From Callorhinchus milii (taxonomy: Eukaryota): a stretch of DNA of 64,000 bases. Below are positions 61,673 through 64,000 of the stretch, one piece after another. A program made the translations under genes and the position numbers. The notes below the pieces were generated by a model, which ran no database searches, was not told where the DNA came from, and saw only the letters and a program-made list of their open reading frames with translations. The stretch's first letter is position 1. The number at the start of each line of letters is the position of its first letter. Where the stretch lies: positions 131,070,001 through 131,134,000 of the forward strand of contig NW_024704742.1 in NCBI RefSeq assembly GCF_018977255.1. The letters run 5' to 3'.

Positions 61673-62704
61673 ATGTTATAATCTTATATTATACACCCAA
61701 GGTGTTGGGTGGTATCATTAACACAATGAGTGGAGCACAAGGAATGGTCAGCAGAGTGTGGCGGGAGGGTGGGGGGGGGGGGGGGGGAAGGGGTGGGGTA
61801 GGGGAAGAAGAGAGGGGGAGGAGAATCATGGCTACCTAGCTAGAAGCACATAATGAAAAGGATTTATCCGTGCAGATCCGCAGAGGAATGACAGCCACTG
61901 TGCAATCAAACTCTTCAAAATGCAATCACGATGAAAGAACTCGATTCAATCAGTGTTGATCAGTGTTGGTTGAGGCGGAGGAGTTTTTTTACCCTACAAT
62001 TTGCTTTCATCTTGCAAATGAAATGTTCACTTCAAGCCTTTCGTCATTCTCTTTGGTTCAGACGATGAACCAGCAGTAAACTCCCAAGAGGCCATTTTTT
62101 TTTGAAGGGCGGAGAAGGAGTGCGGGGGTGTGGGGGTGGTGGGAGGGGGGTGAGTGTGGGCTTGAGGAGGTAGGGGAAGAGAAGAGAGAGAAGATCGGAG
62201 GCTTAAGGAAAAAAAATCTAAGTAAGAAGAGTCAGCCCGCTCTCGGTGGCTGAGAGCTTCTTTCCAAAAAATGAGCTAGCGAGTGAGCATCTGAACATTG
62301 AAACATCAAGGGGTTCAGAGTAAGAGCTGGCAGGCAGGATTTAAATGTCAAAGGGATGATTTAGAAAAATGGGCAGAGAGCAGCACAGATTCGATGGGTC
62401 AAATGGCCTCCTTCTGTGAAGAAAATGTCTACGGGATAGGTAACATTTGCTGCGTTCTTTAAATTAGCACACGTTAATTCACATTCACAGCCTTGTTATC
62501 TGGCCACCAATCCTTGAACGTAAAGTGAATCACTCAACTACATCTCGGCTGTTTGCGAGACGCTGTTGTGTGAAAATTGGTTGTTGGATTCGTCAACAAA
62601 ATACACGGTCACCACACGAAACAGTAATGTCTGGAGATATTTCAAAGTTGTGGAGGGCTGCATCAAATGCAAGAATTATCAATGATAGTGGCCTGGAATT
62701 TTGT

Positions 62705-62998
62705 TATAATAATAATCCTTGCATTTGATATAGCATCTGATATAGCGCCTTATCAGGTCTTTGAGACGTCTCAAAGCACTTCGCAGAATACACTGTAAAG
62801 TGAATTGACGTATATTTTGTGGCCAATTGTGCATAGCAGTGGCCCACAAAGTCGTGGATTGAGTTCTTACTTACTGCTAGGTAAACTGAGGCGTGTGGAG
62901 TAAGGAAACTTGGCTAACGTTTCACCCTGTCTGGGAATAGAACCCAGGTCCTCTGGCTTGCGAGGCGAGTGCTCTAACCAATACACTACAGGACTTCC
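62705..62998 (-). mobile_element. SINE-A, long-type, internally deleted
   Basis: Tail with duplicated TGATATAGC, TGCTAGGTAAACTGAGGCGTGTGGAGTAAGGAAAC block, head. Confidence 0.85.
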
Positions 62999-63289
62999 TA
63001 TTTTGGGGGGGCATAGGAAGGGGATGGGGTGGGGAGTTTCAGTGATTTGGCTTTTCGTTCACAAATTCAGCAACCTTTACAGTGATGAAATGTAACTACT
63101 GTATCTGCAGTCCGCCTATGTAGGGAGCAGTCAGCCGAGAAAAATGCATGGCTATTTGGATATTTGAGCACCCAGGCCCCATCAGATTTGACAAGCTTAC
63201 CCAACCTTGAATCATCTCAACAGAGTTTCAGAAATACTTTGAAGCTTGAGTGTCAGGCGGATGTTCATGGCTGACATCATCTATACACG

Positions 63290-63320
<31 letters not shown>

Positions 63321-63417
63321 GACATTCATCGCTTGCAGTCTGTTCATGTTTAAAGGATGAGCAGTAATGGGAAAATAATCGTGAGAGTTTTAGCTGCGAC
63401 GCTTTAAGATTTGTGTG

Positions 63418-63665
63418 TCAGCCTGGTTCAGTCAGAGGGTTGTGAGTTCAAGCCCCACTTCAGGTCTTGGAACTCATATATAGTCTAAGCTGAAACTCCA
63501 ATCCAAGGCTTGGGGGTGCGTTATTATCAAAGATTCCATTTGTCCTTTCAGATGGACATTGAAGATCCTGTGGCACTCTTTGGAAATTGATGCACTGATC
63601 ACCAACATCTGACCACAAAATACACAGTCACACCACTTGATAGTGTATCCTGCAAAGCGCTTTGA
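63418..63665 (+). mobile_element. SINE-B, degraded
   Basis: GTCAGCCTGGTTCAG..GAGTTCAAGCCCCAC; GGACATTGAAGATCCTGTGGCAC. Confidence 0.7.
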
Positions 63666-63692
63666 GATAATAATAATCCTTGCATTGAGTAC

Positions 63693-64000
63693 ATAGAGTA
63701 CAAGAGTCAGGAGGTTATGATTAACCTATATAAAACACTGGTTAGGCCTCAGTTAGAATACTGCGCCCAGTTCTGGGTACCACACTATAGGAAGGATGTT
63801 AAGTTAGTGGAAAGGGTACAAAGGAGATTTACAAGAATGGTACCAGGAATGAGGGACCTTGATTATGAGGAAAGGCTAGTGAGGCTGGGATTATTCTCAT
63901 TGGAGCAGAGAAGGTTACGAAGAGACCTAATAGAGGTCTTCAAAATCATGAGGGGATTTGATACGTTAGAAAGGGAAAAACTGTTTCCACTGATGGGTGT
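63693..64000 (+). mobile_element. CR1 LINE ORF2 C-terminal part, 5'-truncated, frame open to the window end
   Basis: Translates without stops: IEYKSQEVMINLYKTLVRPQLEYCAQFWVPHYRKDVKLVERVQRRFTRMVPGMRDLDYEERLVRLGLFSLEQRRLRRDLIEVFKIMRGFDTLEREKLFPLMG. Confidence 0.95.

Noticed and set aside
1..64000. CRISPR array or prokaryotic system
   Set aside because: Repeats are dispersed, diverged and on both strands with no regular repeat-spacer period. The sequence is vertebrate.

Overview
Repeat-rich, non-coding vertebrate DNA. The repeat repertoire (Deu-domain tRNA-SINEs, L2 and CR1 LINE fragments) fits a cartilaginous fish, possibly a chimaera, but this is inferred from repeats only. I found no recognisable cellular protein-coding exon, RNA gene or CRISPR array. 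The ORF track is almost entirely explained by repeats and low-complexity sequence, and the only protein-like frames are LINE ORF2 remnants (L2 at 214-1050, CR1 at about 2685-3110 and 63693-64000). Main components: (1) SINE-B, an older full-length DeuSINE (SacSINE1/AmnSINE1 type); (2) SINE-A, a younger composite SINE with a tRNA(Ala/Val)-like head, a CORE-like block, the 3' half of the Deu domain, an L2-type tail and (ATT)n, present as long and short subfamilies; (3) many 5'-truncated L2 and CR1 3' ends; (4) a hAT-Charlie MITE with an 8-bp TSD, a long-TIR foldback MITE family and an unclassified ~600-bp repeat (family C); (5) repeat-free islands with TF motifs that may be conserved enhancers. 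The most notable observation is that the 5' junctions of young SINE-A copies repeatedly carry templated additions: perfect snap-back hairpins of flanking DNA, or duplications of the SINE 5' end or target. Coordinates of degraded repeats are approximate (tens of bp). I do not see evidence for a new gene system.
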